From: Bdellovibrionales bacterium
GTDB taxonomy: Bacteria > Bdellovibrionota > Bdellovibrionia > Bdellovibrionales > JAUICD01
Direction: 5' to 3'
Length of the DNA: 64,000 bases
NCBI GenBank assembly: GCA_965203275.1
Contig: OZ241865.1
Span: 2,240,001-2,304,000, forward strand
This document shows positions 1 through 10,707 of the stretch, one piece after another. The translations under genes were made by a program, and so were the position numbers. Each line of letters begins with the position of its first letter. Within the stretch, counting starts at the first letter, position 1. Under the pieces are notes generated by a model. That model saw only the letters and a program-made list of their open reading frames with translations. It was not told where the DNA came from and made no database searches.

Positions 1-959
1 ACTCAGTGATCGTGTTTTAAAACATGCCATGAGTGGAGTTTCATCACGGAATTACAATCATCTTTTAGATGATATTTCAGGAGGGCTTAAACTTTCTAGG
101 AGTAGTGTGAGTAGAGTTTTTAATAAGTCATCTAAACAAGCCCTTGAGTCGATTAACAATCGTGATTTAAGTAAGTACAGGTTTCCAGCGATAATGATAG
201 ATGGAGTGGGTATTGGTTCTACGCTGGTTATAGTGGCCTTAGGAATCACAGATCAAGGTAAGAAGGTTATATTAGGTCTTAAAGAAGGCAATACAGAGAG
301 TTGGGAAGTTTGCCGTGATCTTCTGGAGGGACTTATAGGTCGTGGTCTTGATAAAGAGAAGGGTTATCTTTTTGTGATTGATGGTAGCAAAGCATTAAGG
401 AAGGGAATAGATAGAGTATTTTCAGGTCGTTCAGTAGTTCAGCGTTGTATTCAGCATAAAGAGAGAAATATTCTGAGTTGCTTACCTCCAAGTCGTCACA
501 TAGAGTTTAAGAGTCGTTGGAAGAAGTTACATGGTATGCCAGATGAGTTGTCATCGAAGTTAGAGCATGAGTCTTTATTAAGCTGGTTAAAGCGGGTCAA
601 TCATTCAGCATTCACATCTTTAAAAGAGGCAGAGATGGAGACACTGACAACGATCAAGCTTGGAGTTTCATTACTTTTAAGGAGGTCATTATCATCGACA
701 AATCCTATTGAGTCTGTTTTTTCAGTTGTGAGGGAAAAAGTTCGGAGGGTAAAGAATTGGAGTTCTTCTTCAGATCAAGTTTTAAGATGGTCTGCTGTGA
801 GTCTATTGGAAGCAGAAAAACATTTCAAAAGCATTAAAGGATTTAAAGATTTAGAACAATTAGAACAAAGTTTAAAAAAAATTATTATTGACAAAAAGAA
901 AAAACAATTAAAAACTAATTTATGAGCCGTCTATTTTCACCGATATCAGGGACAAGCTC
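1..959 (+). mobile_element. IS256-family insertion sequence, transposase 5'-truncated by the window edge (ORF 29..925)
   Basis: Mutator/IS256 DDE motifs (IMIDG, LFVIDGSKAL, VQRCIQHKERN, STNPIES). Probable right end at about 930-959 (TATTTTCACCGATATCAGGGACAAGCTC). Confidence 0.85.
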
Positions 960-1561
960 GACATTATCCATTGTCTACCTGATTTACGATAATAATCAAC
1001 ATAAGTTCTCGCAGTTTCCTCTATATCATTATACACTACTCTTTGATGGATTCTAATACGATGGGTTCCTCTAGAATTATCTCCAATTAAAGCGGTTACG
1101 TATTCAGACGACCATTCTACCTTCGAATCAGGTACGCTTCTTAAATAATTTCTTAAAAATTTATTTGTTTTTTCGTTTATGGCGAGGTCTCTATATGCCT
1201 CCTCTGCTTCTGAAGCTTCTGAAGCAGCTTTCCAAAAAATATCAGATTCTATTTGCTGTATGGCATACGGAGATAGTCCCGCTCCTAGTATTCCAGCACC
1301 TAGGCCCGCACTTAAAATGTTTTTAGGAAAACTCACTTGATATGTACCATCCGATAAAACTTCAAGGTTTTCTGATAAGCTATGTTCAACAGACGTGTAG
1401 AATTCCTTTATTTCTTGAGCTTGTTGAAGTGTAAGAGGTGCTTCATCTTTGCTTGAATCACCGCATCCTTCAAATTGACAATAGGCTTGCAATTTTATAG
1501 GACTTATGAAAGATAAACAAAATACAACTAACAATATGGTTTTATAAAATTTAATACTCAT
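920..1561 (-). CDS. Secreted hypothetical protein, 3' end probably interrupted by IS256
   Basis: Signal-peptide-like MSIKFYKTILLVVFCLSFISPIKLQA after a GGAG RBS. The last codons run into the IS end. Confidence 0.6.
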   Translation of the reverse strand: MSIKFYKTILLVVFCLSFISPIKLQAYCQFEGCGDSSKDEAPLTLQQAQEIKEFYTSVEHSLSENLEVLSDGTYQVSFPKNILSAGLGAGILGAGLSPYAIQQIESDIFWKAASEASEAEEAYRDLAINEKTNKFLRNYLRSVPDSKVEWSSEYVTALIGDNSRGTHRIRIHQRVVYNDIEETARTYVDYYRKSGRQWIMSSLSLISVKIDGS

Positions 1562-1882
1562 TTTAGCTCCTTGTTTTTTAGTTTTATAGAATAAAAAAAA
1601 TAATATTAAAATATATACCTGCAAAGTATAGGCCATAATTAATTTTTCGTCTAATAGACTAAAAGCCTTGTAAATACTAAAGTGAAGTAAAATAGATTTT
1701 CTGATGGGAGACAAAAATGGTCAATGTAGACAAATTTTGACAGTTGATTTTCGAATGTGGAAAGACTCTTAAGAAGTTATGAAACTTAAATATATAAGTG
1801 GATTTTATTTAAACTGGTGGGTTTAGCATGTGATCAGGCCACACACCATGCACTTTTTATAAGCCATACTTATAAAGGAAAA

Positions 1883-2113
1883 TCAGTAAGTCCCTAGAGA
1901 CGGGTCATGGCATTGAATATTTATTATATTCTCTTTGACTACAATCTCTGTCTTACCTTTATTATTAAGAGGTGATTTAAGATTATCAGTCTCAATAGCC
2001 ATTGGAATACTCAAAACCAATCCCATAAAAAGTGAAAGAAACAGAAAAAGTATATCTTTCTCTAAAGATTTTCTTTCCTTTAACCTCTTTCTTACTTTTC
2101 TGAATACAATCAT
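1883..2113 (-). CDS. Small single-TM hypothetical protein
   Basis: 76-aa ORF with GGAG RBS and one hydrophobic helix. Confidence 0.45.
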   Translation of the reverse strand: MIVFRKVRKRLKERKSLEKDILFLFLSLFMGLVLSIPMAIETDNLKSPLNNKGKTEIVVKENIINIQCHDPSLGTY

Positions 2114-2322
2114 AATTAAAGTCTCCCATGAATTAATAAATATAGTTAAAATGTACTATTGCTTGATTGCACCACTGCCATTTTAGGTAGATCAACCTTT
2201 ATCTCTAAGAATCCATAAGAAAAACTGACACCCTGCATGCAAAAACTTTATGTAAAAAAAAGAGGCCACAAGGGCCTCTCTTAGCATCATGGAAAACTTT
2301 ACTTTTCATATCCTCTTATTAA

Positions 2323-3018
2323 TTAATCCTTTTTGTCTTCTCGTATTTTCTTAATATCTTCAGCAATCTGTTTTATATCTGCTTTGATTTCCTTATTATC
2401 TGCTTTAATTTCCTTATTATCTGCTTTAATTTCCTTATTATCTGCTTTAATTTCCTTATTATCTGCTTTAATTTCCTTATTATCTGCTTTGATTTCCTTA
2501 TTATCTGCTTTAATTTCCTTATTATTTGCTTTAATTTCCTTATTATCTGCTTTAATTTCCTTATTATTTGCTTTGATTTCCTTATTATCTGCTTTAATTT
2601 CCTTATTATTTGCTTTAATTTCCTTATTATTTGCTTTGATTTCCTTATTATCCTCTTTAAGCTCTTTAATAGCTGTAGTGATGTGGTTATCTATTTGCTC
2701 TTTCATAGAAGCCATCTTTTTTTTAACTGGTGAAATTAATGTTCCCACTACAAAAAATAAAGCTATTATATCCCACAGTCTATCTCCTGCTTTATCAGCA
2801 GAATAAAAAGTTTGCCATCCCAATAAACCTAAAACAAACAAAACAAACAAAATAAGTAAATAAACTGGTATTATAAACTGACTATATCGCATTATGTATG
2901 CAATAAGGTCCATGACTTTATCTGTCCATGTCTTTTTTTTATCTTCTGATGTTTCATTATCCTCTGATGTTCCATTATTTTCTATAGGTTGACCATTTGG
3001 AATATCTTCCAAAGTCAT
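2323..3018 (-). CDS. Membrane-anchored coiled-coil protein with heptad tandem repeat (EIKADNK)n
   Basis: GGAGG RBS, two TM segments, about 13 x 21-bp repeats at about 2375-2650. Confidence 0.8.
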   Translation of the reverse strand: MTLEDIPNGQPIENNGTSEDNETSEDKKKTWTDKVMDLIAYIMRYSQFIIPVYLLILFVLFVLGLLGWQTFYSADKAGDRLWDIIALFFVVGTLISPVKKKMASMKEQIDNHITTAIKELKEDNKEIKANNKEIKANNKEIKADNKEIKANNKEIKADNKEIKANNKEIKADNKEIKADNKEIKADNKEIKADNKEIKADNKEIKADNKEIKADIKQIAEDIKKIREDKKD

Positions 3019-3499
3019 AATATCCTCCTAGGTTGGTTTTATTTTCATGCACCCATGACTTTGGATAAGAATCAAAAAGAGCTGTGAATTTAAGGCATGG
3101 ACTAGACTGCTAGAATATCTATCGGTATGTTTGGTAGATAAGTTTAGTAGATAGAAATAATGGAATAATTAAAGGAAAGAAATAAGTTATGAGAGTCCTC
3201 TCTAACTTATCAAACATTGATTGTTTAGTGCCATCGAATGTGACTTGAGGACAGGACCATAGAATAAATGTCTCATTAGATAGAAAAAATACTAAAATAA
3301 CCCTTATTTTCTTTTTCATACGCTCACCATATATATATTCTTTAAAAAAATCAATAAAAACTTTAACCCTCTGCATAAACTTATATTTATCTTATCATGT
3401 AGACCAAAGTATGTCAAACCATCGTGAAAATGAAGTCTTGATGAGCTTTAGCATTAAAAAATCTATGATATAATTTATTACAACAAAAAAGGACATCCC

Positions 3500-4318
3500 A
3501 TGAAAAAAACAATTTTTATTGTATCTGATGGAACAGGGGAAACAGCTAGCATTATGACCCAAGCTGCTCTTGTGCAGTATATTAACATAGACGTACATAT
3601 TGTCAGGTGTAAGAATATCAGAAATACCAATCAAATTAGTCATTTAATCAAGGAAGCACAAGAAACCTCTGGCTTTATTGTTTATACAATTGTCAACCCT
3701 GCTCTCAAGGAACAAATAGAAAGCGAAGCAAAAGCTCAAAATATACCTACTATTGATTTATTAGGTGATCTACTTAGTGCATTAGGTGAATATTTAGGAA
3801 GTCATGCTGTACCACAAGCTGGACTTCTTCGCAGTATAGATGATCGCTATTTTAAACGTATTGAAGCTATGGAATACACTGTCAAACATGATGATGGTAA
3901 AAATTTAAGTGATATTCACGAAGCAGATATTGTACTTTTAGGCATTAGTCGTACGAGCAAAACACCTCTTTCTATCTTTTTAAGCCATAAAGGTTGGAAG
4001 GTGGCCAATGTACCACTCATTTTAAATCATCCTCTACCTAAAGAACTGAACAAAGTTGATGAGCGTCGCATCATTGGTTTAATTATTGATCCTTTTAAAT
4101 TAGCTTCCATTCGCACAGCTAGACTAAATAAGCTAGGTCAACCTAGTAAAGAATATGCTAGCATGGATTATATTATCAAAGAAATAGAATATGTCACATC
4201 GGTTTTTAAAAAACACCGTCGTTGGCCTGTCTTTGACATTACAGAAAAGGCCTTAGAAGAAACAGCTACAGAAATTATTAAAGTGATCTCTCATCGTTTA
4301 GGTGACCCTATAAATTAA
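3500..4318 (+). CDS. ppsR: PEP synthase/pyruvate phosphate dikinase regulatory kinase-pyrophosphorylase (DUF299)
   Basis: VSDGTGETA, HDDG, ADIVLLGISRTSKTPLS and ANVPL motifs. Confidence 0.93.
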   Translation: MKKTIFIVSDGTGETASIMTQAALVQYINIDVHIVRCKNIRNTNQISHLIKEAQETSGFIVYTIVNPALKEQIESEAKAQNIPTIDLLGDLLSALGEYLGSHAVPQAGLLRSIDDRYFKRIEAMEYTVKHDDGKNLSDIHEADIVLLGISRTSKTPLSIFLSHKGWKVANVPLILNHPLPKELNKVDERRIIGLIIDPFKLASIRTARLNKLGQPSKEYASMDYIIKEIEYVTSVFKKHRRWPVFDITEKALEETATEIIKVISHRLGDPIN

Positions 4319-4498
4319 TCAAAAATAAACATTTTCTGATACCTGTATTTTATCTTGAAGAATATATTGTTTTAGATGGTCAATGATTTCAAAGCTAGAA
4401 AGCTAGTTATATAATAGGTTTAATAAAACAGCGAAAATAAAACATAAGTCCTAAAATATAGAATAAAATCTAAATATTCCCTTTATTAGAATATATGA

Positions 4499-4963
4499 TC
4501 ATGAGCATTCCCTTACGCAACATACTCCATCACCATCACTTTCTACAACTTCGTATGGGGTGATATCAAGGTGAAAGTCTTTTTGTATCCAATCTTCTCT
4601 CACAACACCATCAGGATAAGTAACAGAAAGCCCAGCACAAGAGTTAGCTATTTTATAAATATGACAATCATCAGAAGTATCTCGCTTATTATCTGCTCCA
4701 TAGCCTCCATAACCTAAAAGAAGAGCTGCATATCCACAGGAAGGGCGACATATACCATCAATATCTCTTACATGACATGCATCTGCTGTTTTACAATTTT
4801 CTGCACAAAATGGAGATTTACATTCTCCTCTACCACATGCTCCAAAAGGAAATGAGGGCGAAGGATAAGGTTCAAAATTCAATTGAGTTTCTTTATCACA
4901 GTTCATAAATAAAGTAATGACAATAAGAGTACAAGCAAATATAAGTAACCGAAATATCATCAT
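4499..4963 (-). CDS. Cys-rich lipoprotein, paralog 1
   Basis: Lipobox-like FMNC. Shares CAENCKTADxCHVRDxDGICRPSCGYAA with its neighbour. Confidence 0.75.
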   Translation of the reverse strand: MMIFRLLIFACTLIVITLFMNCDKETQLNFEPYPSPSFPFGACGRGECKSPFCAENCKTADACHVRDIDGICRPSCGYAALLLGYGGYGADNKRDTSDDCHIYKIANSCAGLSVTYPDGVVREDWIQKDFHLDITPYEVVESDGDGVCCVRECS

Positions 4964-5040
4964 ACAAGTCCTTAATGGTTATTTATTTCTATCTTGTTAA
5001 ACTTTCTAAAAGCTATTGCTTAATCAAAACTATAAGATAA

Positions 5041-5586
5041 TTATTGAAAGTTACTAATATTCAATCCTTCAGGAGATATTTCATCACGCAGGCCTCGCAT
5101 GCAACATACTCCACCACCTTCTATGACTTCGTATGGAGTCATATCAAGATAAAAGTCTTTTTGTATCCAGTCATCTCTGACAACACCATCAGGATAAGTG
5201 AAAGAAAGTTCGTCACAAGATGTAGCTGATTTATACGTATGACGATCATCAGAAGTAGAAGGCTCACGATCATCGCCATAGCCTCCATAACCTAAAAGGT
5301 GGGCTGCATATCCACAGGAAGGGCGACATATACCATCAACATCTCTTACATGACATGTATCTGCTGTTTTACAATTTTCTGCACAGAAAGGAGGTGTGCA
5401 TTCCTCCTTGCCACAAACTCCAAATGATGGTGCAGGTGAAGGCTCTGGAGGTATATCTGGAAGATTTATCCTCGGAGGTTGAGCTTTAGGTAAAAAGTGC
5501 AGTTGAGGATCCTTATCACAGCCAATCTGTAGGGCAATCAAAATAAAAAGAAAACTATAGTGTAATAAAAAATGACGAATAACCAT
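5041..5586 (-). CDS. Cys-rich lipoprotein, paralog 2
   Basis: Lipobox-like QIGC, Pro-rich linker, same Cys-rich domain. Confidence 0.75.
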   Translation of the reverse strand: MVIRHFLLHYSFLFILIALQIGCDKDPQLHFLPKAQPPRINLPDIPPEPSPAPSFGVCGKEECTPPFCAENCKTADTCHVRDVDGICRPSCGYAAHLLGYGGYGDDREPSTSDDRHTYKSATSCDELSFTYPDGVVRDDWIQKDFYLDMTPYEVIEGGGVCCMRGLRDEISPEGLNISNFQ

Positions 5587-5745
5587 TATTATATCAATCC
5601 TTAATATTTAATAATTTATCGGTTATTTTATTTCAATACTTGTATATAGAATTCAAAAACTAGACTTTAAATGATTAAGTATCTTGCATAACCCATAAGA
5701 TAGTGGTATCTTCAAAAAATGTAGTGTTTATGAGGAGGGGATATC

Positions 5746-6453
5746 ATGTCACGTCACTTAAGTCTTGAAATGAAAGAAGTCCAAAGTCAACTTATTCAGC
5801 TAAGTGTTTTAACTGAAGATAGTTTAGATAAAGCTCTTAAAGCTATTAAAGAAAACAGCTTAGAAATTGCCGATCAAGTTATACTACAAGATCGTAAGAT
5901 TGACCTGATGGAAGTTCGCCTTGAAGAAGAATGCCTCAAAACATTAGCTCTCTATCAACCTGTAGCCACTGATCTAAGATTTATTGTTGCAGTTCTTAAG
6001 ATCAATAACGATTTAGAGAGAATAGGAGACCTTGCCGTCAATATTGCAAAGCGAACGCACACTTTAAAAACTGTGCAGGTTAATGATCTTCCCTTTGACT
6101 TTCAGAATATAACTGGTCTTATCAAGTTTATGCTCAGAGCTTCACTGGATGCTTTTATCCGCTCAGATGCCAGTTTAGCAGAAGAGGTTTGCAAAACCGA
6201 TAACGAAGTAGATAAACTTCACAGAAATACTTATAAAAGTGTTATTGAAAAAATTAAACAACAACCAGAACAAGCAGAAGTTTTAATTCAATGTTTATCT
6301 ATATCTCGTCACTTAGAACGAATTGCTGACTACACAACCAACATTGCAGAGGATGTGATCTATTTGACCGATGGTAAAATTGTTCGCCATGAACATGGTT
6401 CTTTACCCACGTCTGAATCAGGTTCTTCTCAAACTCAATCTAAAAATGTTTAG
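5746..6453 (+). CDS. phoU: Phosphate signalling protein PhoU
   Basis: QPVATDLR, DLERIGDLAVNIA and HLERIADYTTNIAE repeats. Confidence 0.95.
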   Translation: MSRHLSLEMKEVQSQLIQLSVLTEDSLDKALKAIKENSLEIADQVILQDRKIDLMEVRLEEECLKTLALYQPVATDLRFIVAVLKINNDLERIGDLAVNIAKRTHTLKTVQVNDLPFDFQNITGLIKFMLRASLDAFIRSDASLAEEVCKTDNEVDKLHRNTYKSVIEKIKQQPEQAEVLIQCLSISRHLERIADYTTNIAEDVIYLTDGKIVRHEHGSLPTSESGSSQTQSKNV

Positions 6454-6504
6454 AATTTGTCAACAGTTTCAATTCGAAGTGAGATAATGATAAATTTAAG
6501 GGAA

Positions 6505-7145
6505 ACAACCCGGCAAGCTGGCAACCCGGTACCAGAAGGAAATTAAGAAAGAACTCAGAAAAAATTGTTTCCTTAACATGGTGTTAAAAGACGAGAGGAT
6601 CCTCCCTACTAAAAGTGGTCAGACAGCAAGCTTCTCTGAAGCTTGCCATGTAACAACACTAGGCGATGACCATTTTATCGACGGGAAATAAATATCTTGT
6701 TTCCTTAACATCGTGTAAAGAGACAAGAGGATTCTTCCTACTAAAAATAAACGGATTTTTGAGGCAATCAGCCTTTGATCGACGGCGACAGCCGTCGGGC
6801 TGATTGCCCAAAAACAGCTAGAAGCTGGTTTATTTTTAGTGAGACAAACGTGGTCATCGCCAGAAAGTAGCCAGAGGCTAGACCACTTTTAGTGAGCCAA
6901 CGGCATTGCTCTTTTTAGACAGCGTAAGCTGTCAGAGCAAACGTCAGAAGGAAATCTTTTTCCTTAACATTGTGTTAAGAAATGAGGACATCCTCCTTCC
7001 TAAAATTGAACAGGCTTTTGAGACAGTTAGCCTTTGATCGACGGCGAGAGCCGTCGGGCTAACTGTCCAAAAGTAGCCAGAGGCTAGTTCAATTTTAGGG
7101 AAACAGAGGCTGGTTTATTTTTAGTGAAACAACTCATTTTGAGTG
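6505..7145 (+). repeat. Cluster of dispersed ~142-bp structured elements (full and partial copies)
   Basis: TTCCTTAACAT..GTTAA / GAGGAGATCCTC / CTACTAAAAGT...ACTTTTAGTGAA modules. Full copy at 6960..7102. Confidence 0.9.
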
Positions 7146-7164
7146 AAAAACAAAGGAGTAATCA

Positions 7165-8133
7165 TTGGCACCTACTGAAGAACAAATCAAACAAAGTGCA
7201 AAGCTTATACAGAATGCATTAAATGAAACAAATAAAATCATTGTTGGTCAAAGGCAGATGCTTGAATCCATTATGATAGGTATGCTTACGGGAGGTCATA
7301 TCCTGCTAGAAGGTGTTCCTGGATTAGCAAAAACTTTAGCTATCTCAACCTTTTCAAAAATTATTTCATTGGATTTTCAAAGAGTTCAATTTACTCCTGA
7401 CTTGTTACCTTCAGACCTTATTGGTACCATGATCTTTAATCAGAAAACAGGAGATTTTGTAGCAAAAAAAGGCCCTATCTTTACCAATCTTGTTTTAGCA
7501 GATGAAATCAACAGAGCTCCAGCAAAAGTTCAATCGGCTCTATTAGAAGCTATGGCTGAAAAGCAAATCACTATTGGAGAATATTCATATACCCTTGCTC
7601 ACCCTTTTCTAGTTTTAGCCACACAAAATCCTATAGAACAAGAAGGTACTTATCCTCTGCCGGAAGCTCAAATGGATCGTTTTATGTTTAAGGTTTTAGT
7701 CAACTATCCTAATAAACAGGAAGAAAGACAAATTTTAGAAAATATGTCCTACGACCAAAATATCCAACCTGATATTATAATGACAAGGGAAGACCTTTTA
7801 AACACTGCTCAAATGCTACAACATATTTATATGGATGAAAAGGTCAAGGATTATATTGTAGATTTAGTGATGTGTACTCGTGTGCCTAAAGAATATGGGT
7901 TGAACTTAGAAAGATTTCTTCAAATAGGGGTCTCACCAAGGGCAACCATTCATTTGACAAGAGCAAGTCGTGCGTATGCCTACCTTCATAATAGAAACTA
8001 TGTTACGATTGATGATGTTAAGAGCATGGCTTATCCTGTTTTACGTCACCGGCTCTTATTGACATACGAAGCAGAAGCAGAAGAATATACCAGTGACGAA
8101 GTGATTAAAAAACTCTTATCTCATATCAATTGA
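7165..8133 (+). CDS. moxR: MoxR-family AAA+ ATPase
   Basis: LEGVPGLAKT, RVQFTPDLLPSD, LADEINRAPAKVQSALLE, QNPIEQEGTYPLPEAQMDRF. Confidence 0.93.
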   Translation: MAPTEEQIKQSAKLIQNALNETNKIIVGQRQMLESIMIGMLTGGHILLEGVPGLAKTLAISTFSKIISLDFQRVQFTPDLLPSDLIGTMIFNQKTGDFVAKKGPIFTNLVLADEINRAPAKVQSALLEAMAEKQITIGEYSYTLAHPFLVLATQNPIEQEGTYPLPEAQMDRFMFKVLVNYPNKQEERQILENMSYDQNIQPDIIMTREDLLNTAQMLQHIYMDEKVKDYIVDLVMCTRVPKEYGLNLERFLQIGVSPRATIHLTRASRAYAYLHNRNYVTIDDVKSMAYPVLRHRLLLTYEAEAEEYTSDEVIKKLLSHIN

Positions 8134-8176
8134 AGGCAGGCGAGCTTGATGATGATGGAGCAGGAAATGAAAAGAA

Positions 8177-8390
8177 TTACAAATTTAAGTTCACTTGCTT
8201 GGGTTTGAAAGTTTGAGGTGAATTCACAAGTTTAGCACTGTCACCGACTGCCTTAATCACAAATAATCCTTGTCCCTCTGCATATTTGATAAGGAGCTTC
8301 TCATTGTCTGCTTTCAAATAACCTATAGCAATGTAAACTTTTTTATTAGAAAATTCATTGTCTTTGACAGCTAAAAAACTTTGTACTTCC
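8177..8390 (-). pseudogene. C-terminal fragment of a DUF3782-like PD-(D/E)XK protein
   Basis: The tail YAEGQGLFVIKAVGDSAKLVN..FKPK resembles that family. The 5' part is replaced by CCTGAGTTTGACAG repeat ends. Confidence 0.45.
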
Positions 8391-8736
8391 TGAGTTTGAC
8401 AGTTGGCCTGAGTTTGACAGTTGATTTGCAAATGTGGATATCTTTTTTTTGAGAATGCTTTATTTATAGGTGTTAATGTTTGATTTTCGCCCCTAAAAAG
8501 ATATGTTGATCATATCAACGGCCATTTCAACAGATCACAACTTTTTAAGAGATAATGAAGGCAAGTCAAAATATTGATGAAATTTCTATCATAATTTTCC
8601 AACTTTGAAAACTAGCCTTTAGAACTCAAATGGACCTTCCGATTTTTATTTCACGGCGTTTATAAATGCTCAAAAATCACACAATCAAAAAATAAACAAC
8701 GGAGAGCCAGATTATGAAAAAATAACTACAATAAAT

Positions 8737-9600
8737 ATGGAAAGGCTACTTTCAAATAATAAAAATGTTCGCATGCAAACGCTTATATTTAAAACCGCAG
8801 TGAATGTGTACAATCAAATGGATTATAATGATTGGAAAAAGAAAGTCAATCAAGAGTTTATTTTCTCTCAGTTGATTCACATCATAGAGAAGTTTTTAAA
8901 CTCTAATAAATTTCAAATAAATCCTCAATCTTTTTTAAAAGATGAAACTAAGAAAAAAATTGCGACTATGATGGGGATGGAACAAATCGTAAGAAAAGTC
9001 TTTGATACTATCACTTATCAAAATACAGAAAAAATTACTCCTCTTTATAAAAATCCAAAGTATATGTCTACAAAAGAAGCCTGTCATTGGAGGACAGGAA
9101 AGGACACTTGCATACCAGAAAAAAGCCATATCAATAGATGTGTTGTAGATAGTTCATGGGAGTTAGCTCATGCTGAAAACCTAGATCAAAACCCTCATGT
9201 AGAGGCATGGGTCAAAAACGATCACTTAGGTTTTGAAGTGCCGTATATTCATAATGGAAATCGGTGTCGTTATTTACCGGACTTTATTATAAGGCTTAAA
9301 GATAAAAGTCATTTGATTCTTGAAGTGAAAGGTGTGAAAAAAGACAGAGATGAATCCAAATGGGAATATATGAAACAATGGATTCAAGCTGTCAATCAAG
9401 ATACAGAAAACAATTGGCATTTTAAAGTCTCTTATGATCCAACAGGACAGGAAGTGCATCAAATCATAGATAAGATTTTAAATTTTAAGAAAAAAGCAGT
9501 ATCTTTCCACCAAAAACTTAAATTAAAAAAAGAAACTCAAGAGGTTGAAAAAGAAATTGTGGCCAGTACAAGTGCAGAAGAAAAAAAGAGTATATCTTGA
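8737..9600 (+). pseudogene. C-terminal part of a type III restriction (Res-like) endonuclease
   Basis: KSHIN..VVDSSWE, WVKNDHLGFEVPY, YLPDFIIRL and LILEVKG nuclease motifs. No helicase domain and no mod gene. Confidence 0.75.
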
Positions 9601-9730
9601 TTAAAAATTAACTCATCTTAACTGACTAAAATTAAACAGCTTTTTGATATAAACTTTGTTGATTTACTAACTACCTCAAGAATCTATACATTTTAAGCAA
9701 ACAGAGTCTTTTTGGACTTGTAGTATAAGA

Positions 9731-9997
9731 TTAAGTGGAACGTTTGGATAGTAGCTCAAATATCTTATCAAGGCGTCGATTGACGTGGTCAATCTTCTGA
9801 TCAAGTGCCTTAATGTCGTCCTTCATCTCTTTAATCTGTGAGGGTATATGATTACTGACTTGTTCTTTAATATCCTTCTTAAAATCCTTGAATTGTTCCT
9901 TGAACTGTTCTTTAAAAGGTTCAACATAAAACCTCACTATGCCGATCAAGCTACCAAAAAAAACTATGAAAGTTACAATTATTTGTAATAATTCCAT
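9731..9997 (-). CDS. Small TM-anchored coiled-coil protein, copy 1
   Basis: GGAGG RBS before MELLQ, one TM helix, VSNHIPSQI, coiled coil. Confidence 0.75.
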   Translation of the reverse strand: MELLQIIVTFIVFFGSLIGIVRFYVEPFKEQFKEQFKDFKKDIKEQVSNHIPSQIKEMKDDIKALDQKIDHVNRRLDKIFELLSKRST

Positions 9998-10020
9998 ATT
10001 CAAAACCTCCATTTTATATC

Positions 10021-10070
10021 ATTATACCCTATTAACATCAAAAGTCAACCGCCCACATTAAACTGTGGGC
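10021..10070 (-). promoter_or_regulatory. Sigma70-like promoter with adjacent hairpin (second copy at 10541..10590)
   Basis: Minus strand TTGACT-16bp-TATAAT. GCCCACA-TTAAAC-TGTGGGC inverted repeat next to the -35. Confidence 0.6.
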
Positions 10071-10196
10071 AACATGCAACATCCTAACTGGCTAAAATTA
10101 AACAGCTTTTTGATATAAACTTTGTTGATTTACTAACTACCTCAAGAATCTATACATTTTAAGCAAACAGAGTCTTTTTGGACTTGTAGTATAAGA

Positions 10197-10517
10197 TTAA
10201 GTGGAACGTTTAGATAGTAGCTCAAATATCTTATCAAGGCGTCGATTGACGTGGTCAATCTTCTGATCAAGTGCCTTAATATTATTATCAACTTTCTGAT
10301 CAAGTTTATCAATTTTCTGATCAAGTGCCTTAATGTCGTCCTTCATCTCTTTAATCTGTGAGGGTATATGATTACTGACTTGTTCTTTAATATCCTTCTT
10401 AAAATCCTTGAATTGTTCCTTGAACTGTTCTTTAAAAGGTTCAACATAAAACCTCACTATGCCAATTAAGCTACCAAAAAAAACTATGAAAGTTACAATT
10501 ATTTGTAATAATTCCAT
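10197..10517 (-). CDS. Small TM-anchored coiled-coil protein, copy 2 (+18 aa)
   Basis: Identical to copy 1 plus the insert KLDQKVDNNIKALDQKID. Confidence 0.75.
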   Translation of the reverse strand: MELLQIIVTFIVFFGSLIGIVRFYVEPFKEQFKEQFKDFKKDIKEQVSNHIPSQIKEMKDDIKALDQKIDKLDQKVDNNIKALDQKIDHVNRRLDKIFELLSKRST

Positions 10518-10707
10518 ATTCAAAACCTCCATTTTATATCATTATACCCTATTAACATCAAAAGTCAACCGCCCACATTAAACTGTGGGCAACATGCAAC
10601 ATCCAATTTCACACTCCCCATCCATTTAGTTAGTCAAGATTAAACTTTATGAATTGTTAGATGCAATAGACACTTGAATATTTTTACAATATTTGTTACT
10701 AAAATAA

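Larger units (their letters stand above)
9620..10604. repeat. Direct tandem duplication (~467 bp unit; second copy +54 bp)
   Basis: 9620..10085 and 10086..10604 are near identical. Confidence 0.95.

Noticed and set aside
2333..2806. Antisense ORFs (also 33416, 24388, 54195, 60966, 62774)
   Set aside because: Shadows of better-supported genes on the opposite strand, often caused by repeats.
6960..7102. Dispersed element as an integron attC site
   Set aside because: It starts with a CCTTAAC box but has no complementary GTTRRRY at the other end, no cassette organisation, and no integrase in the window.
10044..10070. IS200/IS605 or omega-RNA end (GTCAAC..CCC..TAAA..GGGC)
   Set aside because: GTCAA is explained by the -35 box of the minus-strand promoter, and no IscB/TnpB/TnpA gene is nearby.
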